Origin: Deltaproteobacteria bacterium
Lineage (GTDB): Bacteria; Myxococcota_A; Polyangia; GCA-2747355
NCBI GenBank assembly: GCA_020633415.1
Contig: JACKDQ010000002.1
Coordinates: 390,945-454,944 of the forward strand
Direction of reading: 5' to 3'
Length of the DNA: 64,000 nucleotides
Part shown: positions 19,566 to 32,030 of the stretch, piece after piece
Layout: the number at the start of each line of letters is the position of its first letter
Numbering within the stretch: the stretch's first letter is position 1
Position numbers and translations under genes: made by a program
Notes under the pieces: generated by a model
Databases searched by the model: none
What the model was told of the DNA's origin: nothing
What the model saw: only the letters and a program-made list of their open reading frames with translations

Positions 19566-21161
19566 ATGTCGCCGAGCCAGACCGCAACGATTCTCGCTTT
19601 GGCGCGTTTTCGTCGATCTGGCGAACGTGCTACAATTGTCGACAATTCGAACTTAGGGGAAGACTTGCCACCTCAGGGCCAAAAGGTGCACTGCCCCGCG
19701 TGTGCCTTCGTCTTTGACGCTGCGACCCCTGCATGTCCGCACTGCGGCCAGCAGAACGAAGCGGCGCCACGCGATCGCAAGCGAACGATCGCCGGTGTTG
19801 GCGCCCCGGATGCCGCCTCTCATCTCGCGCGAATCCAGTTGCGACGCGTTAAGGCACAGCGCGGTGGAGCGCTGCCACCTCCTTTGCCGCGCGAGGCAAC
19901 TGCCGGCGATGCCGATGAGCCGACCCGCGTCGACCAACTGCGAACACCGGCACCGCGCAGTCCAGCGCCCGACCTGCTAGCTGCGCGACTGAACAAGCTC
20001 ACGGCCAAGACTGGAGGGCGCGGTAACGTGGGGCAGGACAGCGCGCCCGCGTTACTGGGAGAGACAGCGATCGACGCGCTATCAGGCGACGAAGAACTGC
20101 CGACGGCCAGCGCGCGACCGCAGCGCCTGCCGGCCGCGCCACCCGGACCACCGCCCAACGCTACACCAGACGTCGTGCCGTTGCCGCTGCCGAGCACAGC
20201 TGTTTCGCTGCTACAGCCAAGCGACTCGCACGCCGACAACGACGACATGGACCTCACCGAAGGGACAATGGCTGGTGATCTGCTGGTCGACGACGAGGAT
20301 GACGACGAGGATGACGACGACGCGAGGGCCGGAGCGGGGCTCGACGATCTAGCGGCGCTCGCTCAAGCGGCTCCCGACACGCAACTCTCCACGCCCGCGT
20401 TCATCGCGCCGCCCTTGGCTTCTGGCGAAGTCGCCGCAGTACGGCAGACCACGCCGCAAGAGGACGAACTCGACATCGAAGACGAGCTCGACCTCGACAT
20501 CTTTCCCCAAACGACAAGCTCGCCACCAACGCCGACCAGCCTGTTACCGCGCATGCCGGTGGCACCGCCTTCGGTCACCGCTGATGCCTACCGCATCGCG
20601 CCGCTGCCAAAGGCGACTGACGACGATCGTCTCGAGCTCGCTGGCCCGCTCGACCACCTCAGTCAGGCGGCAGACCCTCCGGCCGATGAGCCGGTCGAGC
20701 CGACCCAACGCCCCCGCACGACGGCGAAGTTCGGCGGGACGCCACCATCCGGTCTATTTCCCAGCGCAACGCCCGCCGCGCCTTCTCCGTCGTCGAGACC
20801 GCGGCAAGCACAAATTCCAGCGGCTTCACCTTCAGCGCCGCCCACCAACGCTAGTGCGCCACGCACCAACCGCCCCGCGCCGCTGAATCTCAACGACGGA
20901 GGGATCGCCGTCGTTGTCCCCGCAACGCCAATCGTCGAGCGCCGCTCAAGTCGCGAGCAATCGGTCGTAGCGATGCTCAAGCCGCTGCGAGACGACGACA
21001 GCGTGCCGCTGCTCGAGCGCCCCCGCCGGCATACCGCACGACGCACTCCCGTCGCCGCGCAGTCGCCACACCGCCAGCGCCCGGGCTGGCTTGTCGCGGT
21101 CGTCGTCGGTGGTGCGTTGTTGCTAGTTGGAGCCGCGGTCGCCGTGATCCTGCTGCGCTAG
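19566..21161 (+). CDS. Zinc-ribbon, Pro/Ala/Asp-rich low-complexity protein with a C-terminal TM anchor
   Basis: CPACAFVFDAATPACPHCG zinc ribbon, acidic run DDEDDDEDDDD, C-terminal WLVAVVVGGALLLVGAAVAVILL. The ATG directly abuts the stop of the preceding gene. Confidence 0.55.
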   Translation: MSPSQTATILALARFRRSGERATIVDNSNLGEDLPPQGQKVHCPACAFVFDAATPACPHCGQQNEAAPRDRKRTIAGVGAPDAASHLARIQLRRVKAQRGGALPPPLPREATAGDADEPTRVDQLRTPAPRSPAPDLLAARLNKLTAKTGGRGNVGQDSAPALLGETAIDALSGDEELPTASARPQRLPAAPPGPPPNATPDVVPLPLPSTAVSLLQPSDSHADNDDMDLTEGTMAGDLLVDDEDDDEDDDDARAGAGLDDLAALAQAAPDTQLSTPAFIAPPLASGEVAAVRQTTPQEDELDIEDELDLDIFPQTTSSPPTPTSLLPRMPVAPPSVTADAYRIAPLPKATDDDRLELAGPLDHLSQAADPPADEPVEPTQRPRTTAKFGGTPPSGLFPSATPAAPSPSSRPRQAQIPAASPSAPPTNASAPRTNRPAPLNLNDGGIAVVVPATPIVERRSSREQSVVAMLKPLRDDDSVPLLERPRRHTARRTPVAAQSPHRQRPGWLVAVVVGGALLLVGAAVAVILLR

Positions 21162-21248
21162 TCGTCTCTGCCACAGCAAGAAACGCACGCCGGTGGGGAA
21201 GGCAGCGAGCAGCGCCCCGTATACCGACAGCGCTCGGTACAAACTTCG

Positions 21249-21737
21249 ATGCAGAACGAATTCTGGAGTATACACGCGGTGCTACCCGCTGGGCCGGCGG
21301 AGCGCTTCTACCACAGTCTGCTCAGCCTCGCGCTCGATGAGACGCCCGACGCGGTAGTGCTCAGCGGAAAGCAGTTCGCCGAGCTGGAAGACTGCTCGCA
21401 TCGTTTCGAAATCATCCGGAGCGTCGGTCAGCCCGCCCTCGCCGCATTGGAGCAACAAGCCGCCCTGCCCCACGGCGTGCCGCTGCTCAGCGGACGACCC
21501 TTTGCATGGATCCCCGCCGAGTCCACCGCATGGCTCGAATCGCGCTGGCGACGGCTACTGGTGAGCGCCGGAGGGATTCGCGGGCTGGTCCAACTGGTCG
21601 CACCCTACTTCGGTCAAGGCGACCCCTGCGCGGTAGATGTTGCCTACGAGGAAGTCGTCGCGGTCGAGCGCACATTGGCCGCACTACGCGGTGAACGGTT
21701 TCACGCCCTGCTGATCTGCGTGGGTGACGTTTCCTAG
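21249..21737 (+). CDS. Hypothetical protein
   Basis: 162-aa ORF in an otherwise empty interval. No recognisable motif. Confidence 0.4.
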   Translation: MQNEFWSIHAVLPAGPAERFYHSLLSLALDETPDAVVLSGKQFAELEDCSHRFEIIRSVGQPALAALEQQAALPHGVPLLSGRPFAWIPAESTAWLESRWRRLLVSAGGIRGLVQLVAPYFGQGDPCAVDVAYEEVVAVERTLAALRGERFHALLICVGDVS

Positions 21738-21794
21738 CCCAGACGCTAAAGAGCTCCCTCGCGCGTCAATAACCGTGTTGACCCGCCCGCGCGA

Positions 21795-23693
21795 CTATTT
21801 CACCGGGCGCGTGATGGGGGAACGATCAAGCTTCAGCTCGTTGAGTGCTTCGAGCACGTCAAAGGCGTAGCCGATCCGACCAAATGGCGCAGAAACTTGG
21901 GCGCCAGCCACCACGTCGTGCACGCGAATCAGCGCCTCACGGGCGATCGCCACGCCTTCAGCGCGCGCCGCGTCTTTGCCCCGCTGCTGGGCCGCTGCCA
22001 TCCGCTCCATCGACGACGCCGGCACCGTCGCACCAGGCACTTCGGCGTTCATAAACTCTGCGTTGCGTAGCGAGGTCAGCGGCCAGATCCCGGCCATCAC
22101 CGGGATACGGAACTCCTCGATGCGTTCCAGGAAACGGAACAGCAGATCGGTGTCGAAAACTGGCTGGGTGATCGCAAACTCAGCGCCAGCTTCGACCTTC
22201 CAACGGAACCGCGCTATCTCGTTCTCGATGTCGAGCGCCCCCGGATTACAGCCGACGCCGATCAGAAACCGCGTCGGTGGGGAAACAGGGTTGCCACCCA
22301 GGTCAAGGCCACGATTGAACAGCTTGACCAAGTTGGTCAAACCGATCGAATCGATGTCGAACACGGCCGTGGCGTCCGGGTAATCGCCCATTTTGGGCGG
22401 ATCGCCAGTCACCAGCAGAATGTTGTGCAGGCCCATCGCTGCCAAGCCGAGGATGTCAGACATCATCCCCAGCAGGTTGCGATCCCGGCAGCAATAGTGT
22501 GGCAAGACCTCGATGCCGACCTGCTGGTGGATCAACAGCGACAACGCCTGATTCGACATTCGACAACTTGCCCGCGGCCCATCGGGAAGATTGACGCAGT
22601 CGACGCCGGCCTGGTGAAGTTTTTGAGCGGCAGAGAGCAGCTTCTGCGGCTGCCAACCTCGTGGAGGCGTTAGTTCGACAGTCACCGGAAACTTTCCATT
22701 GACCAACCGCTCAGCCAACGGGCTCTTTTCCGCGGTGGGCACCTCGGCGGCTGGCTCGGTCAACTCCCCGGTTTCGATCCGAGCGAGCTTGGCGTGTTGC
22801 GCAGCGGGCACCTGCATCCGAATCGCGCTGCGCATCGCCCGCACGTGACCGGGCGTCGTACCGCAGCAACCTCCGACCAAACGCGCACCGGTTTGGATAA
22901 ATCGCTTGGCGTACTCCGCCATGTATTCAGCGCTAGCCAGATAGATTTGGCGCCCCTCGTGCAACCGCGGCATGCCGGCGTTGGGCTGCACGCAGATCGG
23001 CTTTTGCGTTACCGCGACCATCCGCTCCAAAGCGCTCAGCATCGGCCCCGGCCCAACCGAGCAATTGAGCCCGATCACATCAACCCCCCAGCGATCGAGC
23101 TGACGCGTAAACGTCTCTGGACTGGTGCCGTAAAGCGAGCTGCCGTCGTTGTCGACGGTCATGCTGGCGATCACTGGCAGTGTTGGCGCGACTCGACGAG
23201 CGGCGAGAATCGCCTGATGGATCTCGGCGAGGTCGGCAAAGGTCTCGAGCAGAAACGCATCGACGCCGCCTTCGGCCAAGGGCTCCATCTGTGCCGCAAA
23301 CATCTCGCGAGCCTCATCGACGCTCGTCGGTCCAAACGGCTCGATCCGCAAGCCGAGCGGCCCAACGCTGCCGGCGACGAGCAGCTGATCGCCCGCCACT
23401 GCGCGAGCAACCGCTGCCCCAGCGAGGTTGATATCGCGCATCTCCGCAGCATCGATGCCATGCACCTTGAGCTTATGGAGCGAACCGCCGAAGGTGTTGG
23501 TCGTCAAGATCCGCGCACCCGCCTGGGCGTAGTCCTGGTGGATCTCACGGACCACGCCAGGTGCGGTCAGGTTGAGCGCGTCGTAGCACTGATTGAGAAA
23601 GAACCCGCGCGCGTATAGCTGCGTACCCATCGCGCCATCGAAGAGCAGCACTTGCTCCGCTTCTAGGCACTCGAGAAAGGACGGCCGACTCAT
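21795..23693 (-). CDS. Bifunctional homocysteine S-methyltransferase / 5,10-methylenetetrahydrofolate reductase (YitJ-type fusion)
   Basis: The N-terminal half has the Hcy-binding (Pfam S-methyl_trans) pattern (LLFDGAMGTQL, TNTFG, GGCCGTTP). The C-terminal half is MetF-like (VELTPPRG, NLPDGPRA, LVTGDPP). Confidence 0.85.
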   Translation of the reverse strand: MSRPSFLECLEAEQVLLFDGAMGTQLYARGFFLNQCYDALNLTAPGVVREIHQDYAQAGARILTTNTFGGSLHKLKVHGIDAAEMRDINLAGAAVARAVAGDQLLVAGSVGPLGLRIEPFGPTSVDEAREMFAAQMEPLAEGGVDAFLLETFADLAEIHQAILAARRVAPTLPVIASMTVDNDGSSLYGTSPETFTRQLDRWGVDVIGLNCSVGPGPMLSALERMVAVTQKPICVQPNAGMPRLHEGRQIYLASAEYMAEYAKRFIQTGARLVGGCCGTTPGHVRAMRSAIRMQVPAAQHAKLARIETGELTEPAAEVPTAEKSPLAERLVNGKFPVTVELTPPRGWQPQKLLSAAQKLHQAGVDCVNLPDGPRASCRMSNQALSLLIHQQVGIEVLPHYCCRDRNLLGMMSDILGLAAMGLHNILLVTGDPPKMGDYPDATAVFDIDSIGLTNLVKLFNRGLDLGGNPVSPPTRFLIGVGCNPGALDIENEIARFRWKVEAGAEFAITQPVFDTDLLFRFLERIEEFRIPVMAGIWPLTSLRNAEFMNAEVPGATVPASSMERMAAAQQRGKDAARAEGVAIAREALIRVHDVVAGAQVSAPFGRIGYAFDVLEALNELKLDRSPITRPVK

Positions 23694-23754
23694 CGTGCTC
23701 CCTATCGAACGATCAGCGCTATTCTTCCTCGCAACCCGGGTTCACGCAACCTTT

Positions 23755-23793
23755 GCCACAAAAAGAAAACGCCGCGGTAACCGCGGCGTTTTC
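23755..23793 (-). terminator. Rho-independent terminator downstream of hppA
   Basis: Perfect stem CGCCGCGG / CCGCGGCG (23770-23777 / 23781-23788) with loop TAA, extended by A4/T4. On the minus strand it is followed by TTTTCTTTTTGTGG. Confidence 0.75.
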
Positions 23794-23848
23794 GAGCCAT
23801 TGCGAAACCTAATGGCCGCCCAACGAGGGCAAGCTGATGCCGACGCCG

Positions 23849-26023
<2,175 letters not shown>

Positions 26024-26273
26024 GGGTCTCTCCCACCACGCCTCGAACGACCGACGGTCCGCCGCTCCGAGGGCTACCTAGAAAGGCATTTAATGTCGGG
26101 TCTTTACAGCCACTACGCCCCACGCGGCGCTTCTTATAGCCATATTTGTATCAGCCCGTCAAGCCTGGCTAGCGCCGAACAGGCAATGGTTTTGCGTCGA
26201 TGAGAGCCTGGTCGCCGAAATGAAGCGGGAAAATCGGCCCCAAAGCCATGCGCCTGCCGTAGACTGGCCAACG

Positions 26274-27437
26274 ATGACGTCAGGCATTCTACCGATCCAA
26301 GATATCCAGCAGCTGATCAAGACCGAGGCGCTGCGCGCCGACCGACCGATCGAACCCAGTCAGCTCCAACCCAATAGCGTCGACCTGCGCGTCGGCACAA
26401 CAGCGTATCGCGCACGCTACAGCTTCCTGCCGGTAAACCAACCCGTCGCGGCGTTGCTGAGCGATCTTACCCTCGACACCATCGACCTCAGTCGTGATGA
26501 GGGCGCAATCCTCGAAACCGGCAAAGTCTACGTCGTGCCGCTGCGTGAACAGCTGGCACTACCCGCAGGATTGATGGCCAGTGCCAACCCGAAGAGCTCG
26601 ACGGGTCGTCTTGATGTGATGGTCCGCATGCTAACCGATCGCGGCTCGATGTTCGACGCCGTGCCAGCCGGCTACCAAGGGCCACTTTATCTCGAGATCG
26701 TGCCACGTTCGTTTCCGATCCGCTTGCGCGCTGACGACACACTCGCGCAACTGCGCATCTGCCAGGGTGGACTCGGACAACTCAGCGATGATGAACTACG
26801 CCACGAGATCGCCGAGCACCAATTGATACTCGCCGAAGACGGCCATCCGATTCCCGTCGAAGAGCTCGCGCTCGATGATGGCGTTTTTCTCACGGTCTAC
26901 GTGGCCAGCTCGCGCTACGACGAAACGATCGGCTTTAGTGCCAAGAAGACCACGCCGGTGGTCGATCTCCGCCGACGCGATCACACCCGGCGAAGGTTCT
27001 GGAACTACATCCCCTCGCCGCACCGCAGACGCGACCATCTGATCTTGCATCCGAACGAGTTTTACATCTTCTCCTCGCGCGAGCGCGTGGTGATCCCGCC
27101 CCACCTTTGCGCCGAGATGGTCCCTTACGACGCCAAGAGCGGCGAGCTGCGAACCCACTACGCCGGTTTCTTCGACAGCGGCTTTGGCATGGGGACCGGC
27201 GGCGCGCGCGTCGTCCTCGAGGTACGCAACCTCGACGTCCCCTTCCTGCTCCAAGACGGTCAGCGGCTCTTTCGCCTGCGCTATCACCGCAACACCAGCA
27301 TTCCCCAAACGCTCTACGGCACCGACATCGCCTCCAATTACCAGGGGCAGAGCCTGCGCCTCTCCAAGCACTTCGGGCTCGACAAGGGCGAAGAGGATCC
27401 GCAGCTGAACATCTTTCGCGACGGCGCCAAGGAATAG
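26274..27437 (+). CDS. Two-domain 2'-deoxycytidine 5'-triphosphate deaminase (DCD family)
   Basis: Tandem dUTPase-like halves: NPKSSTGRLDV..LEIVP in half 1 and YAGFFDSGFG..VLEVRN in half 2. ATG 26274 preferred over 26220. Confidence 0.75.
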   Translation: MTSGILPIQDIQQLIKTEALRADRPIEPSQLQPNSVDLRVGTTAYRARYSFLPVNQPVAALLSDLTLDTIDLSRDEGAILETGKVYVVPLREQLALPAGLMASANPKSSTGRLDVMVRMLTDRGSMFDAVPAGYQGPLYLEIVPRSFPIRLRADDTLAQLRICQGGLGQLSDDELRHEIAEHQLILAEDGHPIPVEELALDDGVFLTVYVASSRYDETIGFSAKKTTPVVDLRRRDHTRRRFWNYIPSPHRRRDHLILHPNEFYIFSSRERVVIPPHLCAEMVPYDAKSGELRTHYAGFFDSGFGMGTGGARVVLEVRNLDVPFLLQDGQRLFRLRYHRNTSIPQTLYGTDIASNYQGQSLRLSKHFGLDKGEEDPQLNIFRDGAKE

Positions 27438-27470
27438 CGCTAACGCCGCGATCTGCGGGCTCGGCACGTT

Positions 27471-28187
27471 TTAGTAGCGGTCCTTCCCAAAGGTCTTCAA
27501 TAGGCCATCAACCCTGCAAATGCCGCCGTCGATCGGGCTTTGCAGCGTCACCGCATTGAAGACAACCTCGGTCTGACCCGTCTGGTAGTCCCACTTTTTG
27601 ATCGAGATCGATCCTGTGATCGGATCGGGGATTTTCCCCTGGATCAGCGCCGCATAGTCTTTGGCGAGGTTGGTCCATACCATCGGGTCGGCGACGTTGA
27701 TGATGAAGTCCCAACAGGGCGGTGACGAACAACTCTCGGTGCGCGCCTTGCTGTTGACCGCAACGTTGCCGCTCAGACCGACCAAGCGCAGCGCGATCTG
27801 GTGAACTGGGAAGCTGGTCGCAGTCACCGTGATCTGCGCGTCGTGAGTCGCGCCTGGATTTGGACCGATCACCCACAGGTCGCGATTTTTCAGCTGGATG
27901 TGCGAGCACGACCCGGAAAAACGCAACTGACTGACATCGGCCTTGTTGCTCTTACCCGCGGCGTCAGCGCCGCTCGCATCGGGCGCGTTCACCGTGGCGT
28001 CGACCGAAACACCGCCATCGTTGCCGATCGCGACGTCAGCCGCAACGCTGCCATCGGCAAGACTTGCGTCGCCCTGAGCGATCGCGCCGTCGGCAGCAGC
28101 GCCGTCTGTGGTCGATTTGTTGCTATCCGAGCCACAGGCTGCCAAACAGAGCAGCCCGATCAAGGACCATGATCTCGCGTTCTTCAT
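27471..28187 (-). CDS. Hypothetical lipoprotein
   Basis: Lipobox LLCLAACGS followed by an Ala/Asp/Gly-rich linker and a globular C-terminal half. Confidence 0.6.
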   Translation of the reverse strand: MKNARSWSLIGLLCLAACGSDSNKSTTDGAAADGAIAQGDASLADGSVAADVAIGNDGGVSVDATVNAPDASGADAAGKSNKADVSQLRFSGSCSHIQLKNRDLWVIGPNPGATHDAQITVTATSFPVHQIALRLVGLSGNVAVNSKARTESCSSPPCWDFIINVADPMVWTNLAKDYAALIQGKIPDPITGSISIKKWDYQTGQTEVVFNAVTLQSPIDGGICRVDGLLKTFGKDRY

Positions 28188-28368
28188 CTAAGCTCTCCCC
28201 AAGGTTAGCGTCGCGGTGTTACGCAAACCGCCGCGGATCCTTCCGCAACCAGCGTCTGCCAGGCAAACTGGCCGACGTCAAAGGCGAGGTTGGCGGCGGC
28301 ACTTAACCCGCCGTTAAGACTGTTGTCTGTAGCAGCGGAAAGGCGAGGTGGCGCGGCGTACTGGCGCG

Positions 28369-29679
28369 CTATTCGCAGATCGCCGCGACCTGCAGCGAAC
28401 GATGGTCGGTGCTGGAAAAGAGAATCAGCGCTCGGCCGTCTTTGTCGACGGCGAGGTCTTCAAAGCGTCCGATGACGCCGGGGACGGTGCGTGGCGTCAG
28501 TTCCGGACCGCTGGCATAGCGGACTTGGTTGTCTGCGCCACGATAAGCGATATGCAGACGGCCCTGAGCATCGACCACCGCCTTGACGTCGCTACCAACC
28601 GCTGGGGCTTGTTCGATCGTCGTCGTCGATTCAACGGTCGGTGCACCGCTAACCCTCACGACACCCTTGGAGCCAACACCGTAACCCCCTTTGCATTCAA
28701 CAGTGGTCTGCTCGGGGACATCTTGGGAGGCGACCTCCGCGCATTGCTTTTCCCAATCCAGTCCGTTGTTGCCCAAAGGAACCATCGTCTCGACGTTGTA
28801 AAAGGCGTCGACGCGCGATCCGCTAATCGCCAGCGCAGCAGCGCCAACGTCACCACTGCGATCGAGAGCCACCGGCGACGCCCAACTGCGCTGGTTGCCA
28901 CTGGTGTATTCGAGCGCGGTTTCGGCCTTCTTGTCGTCGGGCCACGCCAATCGGCGGGTGTACGCCAAATGGACAGTCCCCTCGGCGACAGCGAGCACCG
29001 GATCGCTGAGCTTGCCCTGGACGACGCTATGAAACTGAAACGCTTCACCCGGCGCTTTCCAGCCATAGCGCAGCATCTCGTCGGCAAAGCCGAAATAGGC
29101 GAGGTGCACGCCACCTTTGGCGTCGAGCGCCAACGGGGTGCGCATCCGAACCATATTCGCGTCATCGATCACTTGAGCTTTGACGGCTTGCTCGCGACCA
29201 CTGGCATAGAACAGCGCATCGCTAAAGAAGTCGGTATAGAGCAAATGCACATTCTGGTCGCCGTCGACGGCGATCGCCGGGTTCGACGCATCCTTGTCGT
29301 GCAGAGCGATCTTGGCGAACTGCTCGCGGCCCCAGACGTACTCAACCGCGGCACCGCCGTGCTCTTTGTCCGCCGAGATGGCGAGCACATGCAACATGCC
29401 CCAATCGTCGACGGCCAATGCGCCCGACTGTCCACCAAAGAACAGCGCCTCAGCGCGGCCGGCGTCGATCGTCAACACCGTTTTCGGGCTGGGGTCGCAC
29501 TGAGCCGCGGCCTCACAACGCACGTCGCCTTTGGGAATACACTGGCCTTGCAGGCAGCATCCGCAACTGGCGTCGCAGGGCTCCTGGTAAGGGGTCCCCC
29601 GTGGGACGCCCCCCGGACAAGCGCAAAGCAGCAGCAACGTGCCGACCCAGCTAAGTTTGAGTAAAGGCAAAAGGCGCAT
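28369..29679 (-). CDS. Secreted/lipoprotein repeat protein (beta-propeller-like, recurring VHLAY/LHIAY blades)
   Basis: MRLLPLLKLSWVGTLLLLCACPGG. SD GGAGGAG lies upstream of ATG 29679. Repeats ...NVHLLYTD..., ...GVHLAYFG..., ...TVHLAYTR..., ...RLHIAYRG... Confidence 0.6.
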   Translation of the reverse strand: MRLLPLLKLSWVGTLLLLCACPGGVPRGTPYQEPCDASCGCCLQGQCIPKGDVRCEAAAQCDPSPKTVLTIDAGRAEALFFGGQSGALAVDDWGMLHVLAISADKEHGGAAVEYVWGREQFAKIALHDKDASNPAIAVDGDQNVHLLYTDFFSDALFYASGREQAVKAQVIDDANMVRMRTPLALDAKGGVHLAYFGFADEMLRYGWKAPGEAFQFHSVVQGKLSDPVLAVAEGTVHLAYTRRLAWPDDKKAETALEYTSGNQRSWASPVALDRSGDVGAAALAISGSRVDAFYNVETMVPLGNNGLDWEKQCAEVASQDVPEQTTVECKGGYGVGSKGVVRVSGAPTVESTTTIEQAPAVGSDVKAVVDAQGRLHIAYRGADNQVRYASGPELTPRTVPGVIGRFEDLAVDKDGRALILFSSTDHRSLQVAAICE

Positions 29680-29989
29680 CTGATCTACTCCTCCGCCTAG
29701 CAGAAGCAAATTGCGCACCAGCATGCGAGGCTTTGTTTTCAAATAGTTAGGAGACACTGCGGGCGACAATCGACCCCTTTGCCAGCGGCAGGTCCCGTCA
29801 CTTGCCCGCACTCAGCTGCCGCGCCAACACCCGCTCCGCGCGGGGAGCTACCGTCCAAATCTTGAAACAGACTTTGAGAATCGGCCGATCGTTTCCCACG
29901 TCGCGGGGGCGCCGGCGCAATAAATAGGCATAATTACAAGCATATAAGCAGAGAGACGACTGGCACGTGACTCGCATCGGGGACGATCG

Positions 29990-30448
29990 ATGACACTGCT
30001 GCGATCGATTGTTGTCCTTGGGCTGGCGAGTTGCTCGGCCGCGCCGGCGATCGCCGAAGGCATTGCCGAGTTTCGCGTCAACTCGGCAACCTTGCTGAGC
30101 AAGAGCCAAGCCCGGGTCGACTTCACCTGGAAATACGCCAACCGCAACCGTTTGGCACTCGGCAAGGGTGTACGCTTTTTCGTCTTCAAGGGCAGCGCGC
30201 CGGGTTACAACAACGCCCAGACCGCGATCAACGGCGGAACGGTTACCGAGATCGGTCGCCTCGACATGACCCAGGGCGGCGGCAAACACGCGTTCAGCTT
30301 CGATCTGGCGAAAAGCGGGGTGGCCCCTGGCGAAACCTGTAGCCTGGTCGGCTATTGGAGCAACACGCACCGCTGGGGCTGCGACCCCTCGCGCCCGGGT
30401 GGCGTATTCGTCATTCCCAACGCAGTCGGCCAAACGACAATGCCGTAA
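29990..30448 (+). CDS. Small secreted hypothetical protein
   Basis: Signal peptide MTLLRSIVVLGLASCSAAPAIA; 152 aa. Confidence 0.5.
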   Translation: MTLLRSIVVLGLASCSAAPAIAEGIAEFRVNSATLLSKSQARVDFTWKYANRNRLALGKGVRFFVFKGSAPGYNNAQTAINGGTVTEIGRLDMTQGGGKHAFSFDLAKSGVAPGETCSLVGYWSNTHRWGCDPSRPGGVFVIPNAVGQTTMP

Positions 30449-30497
30449 CGGCAGGATCGCCCCGGCGATGGACGATCCGTTGTCCATCGGCTAAAGA

Positions 30498-31382
30498 TTG
30501 CCCATGAAGCTCGCCGAACTGATCGGCAATACGCCGCTCGTTGACCTCAGCGCGCTGATCCCGCGCTCCGGGGTGCGGCTGCTCGGCAAGTGCGAGTTCC
30601 AAAACCCCGGCGGCAGCGTCAAAGACCGCGCCGCGCTCTCGATGATCGGCAACGCCTTGGAACGCGGTGAACTCAAGCCCGGCATGCGCTTGATCGAGCC
30701 GACCAGCGGCAACACCGGGATCGCCTTGGCGATGATCGCCGCCAGCCTCGGCGTAAAGATCGACTTGGTGATGCCCGAGAGTGCGACCAAAGAGCGCGTG
30801 ACAACGATGCGCGCCTACGGCGCAAAAGTGATCCTCACGCCGGCCGAGCAAGGCATGGAGGGCGCGATCGACCACGCGCGCGCACTGCACGCCGCCGGTG
30901 GTTATCTGATGCTCGACCAGTTCAAAAACCCCGACAACCCGTTGGCTCACTTTGAAGGCACGGGTCCAGAAATCTGGCGCGACACCGACGGTGCGCTGAC
31001 CCACTTCATCTCGGCGATGGGCACCACCGGAACGATCATTGGCACGTCGCGCTATCTCAAGCAGCAAAACCCGGCGGTGCAGATCATCGGCGTGCAGCCG
31101 AGCGATGGCGCGAAAATTCCCGGCATCCGTCGCTGGCCACCCGCATACCTGCCGGCCTTTTTCGAAGCCGAACGCGTCGACCGCACGATCGAGATCAGCC
31201 AAGCACAAGCCGAGCAAACGGCTCAGCGGCTAGCTCGCGAAGTCGGCATATTCGTCGGCATCAGCAGCGGCGGAGCGACGGCGGCCGCCCTCACGCTCTG
31301 CCAAGAGCTAGCGCGCGGACTGCTGGTGGTGATCCTCTGCGATCGAGGCGACCGGTACCTCTCAGCGGGCGTCTTCGACTAG
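30498..31382 (+). CDS. cysM: Cysteine synthase B (O-acetylserine sulfhydrylase, PLP-dependent)
   Basis: Near-colinear with E. coli CysM as I recall it: IGNTPLV, NPGGSVKDRAALSMI, TSGNTGIALAMIAA, GTTGTI, IPGIRRWP, GISSGGA, CDRGDRYLS. Confidence 0.9.
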   Translation: MPMKLAELIGNTPLVDLSALIPRSGVRLLGKCEFQNPGGSVKDRAALSMIGNALERGELKPGMRLIEPTSGNTGIALAMIAASLGVKIDLVMPESATKERVTTMRAYGAKVILTPAEQGMEGAIDHARALHAAGGYLMLDQFKNPDNPLAHFEGTGPEIWRDTDGALTHFISAMGTTGTIIGTSRYLKQQNPAVQIIGVQPSDGAKIPGIRRWPPAYLPAFFEAERVDRTIEISQAQAEQTAQRLAREVGIFVGISSGGATAAALTLCQELARGLLVVILCDRGDRYLSAGVFD

Positions 31383-31396
31383 CGAACAAGCCGGCA

Positions 31397-31993
31397 CTAG
31401 GCCGGATTGGGTTCGGTTCTTTTCCGGCTATTTGCCTGAGGTTCAGCAAAGTCGGCCGCATCAACGCTGCTCGGTAGGTCGGTCGGTGCATCGGGCTTGG
31501 CACCGAAGAGGATCTTTAGGTAGAGCCAGAGGATCACCGCCATCCCCCACGCCAGGCCGACCACCACGCCGCCATCGACGATCCCGCGCCAGGGCTGACT
31601 CAACCGGTGAACCGCGAGAACCAAACCGATCACGCCCAGCGTCACCGACCAGGCGACGATCTTGGCGCGACGTGACGCAAAGAAATAGGACATGCAAAAC
31701 GCTGGCGCGAGGGCCACGTGTAGCGGCCGCGGATTCGCCGCCAAGTAAGCCGCCCGCGCGACAACCTTGGGTGAAAAGCGCTTTTGGAAACCGCGGTAAC
31801 CCTCAGCGTACGCGTTAAACAACACCCACAGCGCATAGATCAGCGCCTGAACCGTGCTCAGACTGCCACTGCGCAGTGGCTCGAGCGCCAACGGCGTCAA
31901 ACGCCAAAGCGCCTGAAAGAGCAGCAAACAGACGCCAAAGACGCCCCAGGTTAGGATCAAGATATTCAATGGCCGTTTCATCGGCGACGACAC
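31397..31993 (-). CDS. Hypothetical integral membrane protein (4-5 TM)
   Basis: Hydrophobic helices throughout. No recognisable family. Confidence 0.5.
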   Translation of the reverse strand: MSSPMKRPLNILILTWGVFGVCLLLFQALWRLTPLALEPLRSGSLSTVQALIYALWVLFNAYAEGYRGFQKRFSPKVVARAAYLAANPRPLHVALAPAFCMSYFFASRRAKIVAWSVTLGVIGLVLAVHRLSQPWRGIVDGGVVVGLAWGMAVILWLYLKILFGAKPDAPTDLPSSVDAADFAEPQANSRKRTEPNPA

Positions 31994-32030
31994 TCCCTAC
32001 AATCGGTGTTCGGGTCAAGAGACAAACGGG

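Noticed and set aside
22794-23618. 274-aa plus-strand ORF
   Set aside because: It is antisense to the Hcy-methyltransferase/MetF fusion gene and has no motif support.
23694-23754. Possible SAM (S-box) riboswitch in the leader of the yitJ-type gene, as in Bacillus
   Set aside because: Only about 60 nt separate the hppA terminator from the start codon. This is too short for a SAM-I aptamer plus expression platform, and no conserved S-box helices are visible.
26274-27437. dCTP deaminase as an anti-phage nucleotide-depletion defence gene
   Set aside because: The architecture is the housekeeping two-domain DCD type with no N-terminal kinase-like sensor domain. Composition is native and there are no neighbouring defence or mobile genes.
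28348-29664. 438-aa plus-strand ORF
   Set aside because: It is antisense to the secreted repeat-protein gene, which has a signal peptide, an SD and an internal repeat structure. The plus-frame product has no such features.
30411-31217. 268-aa minus-strand ORF
   Set aside because: It is antisense to cysM, whose identity is near-certain.
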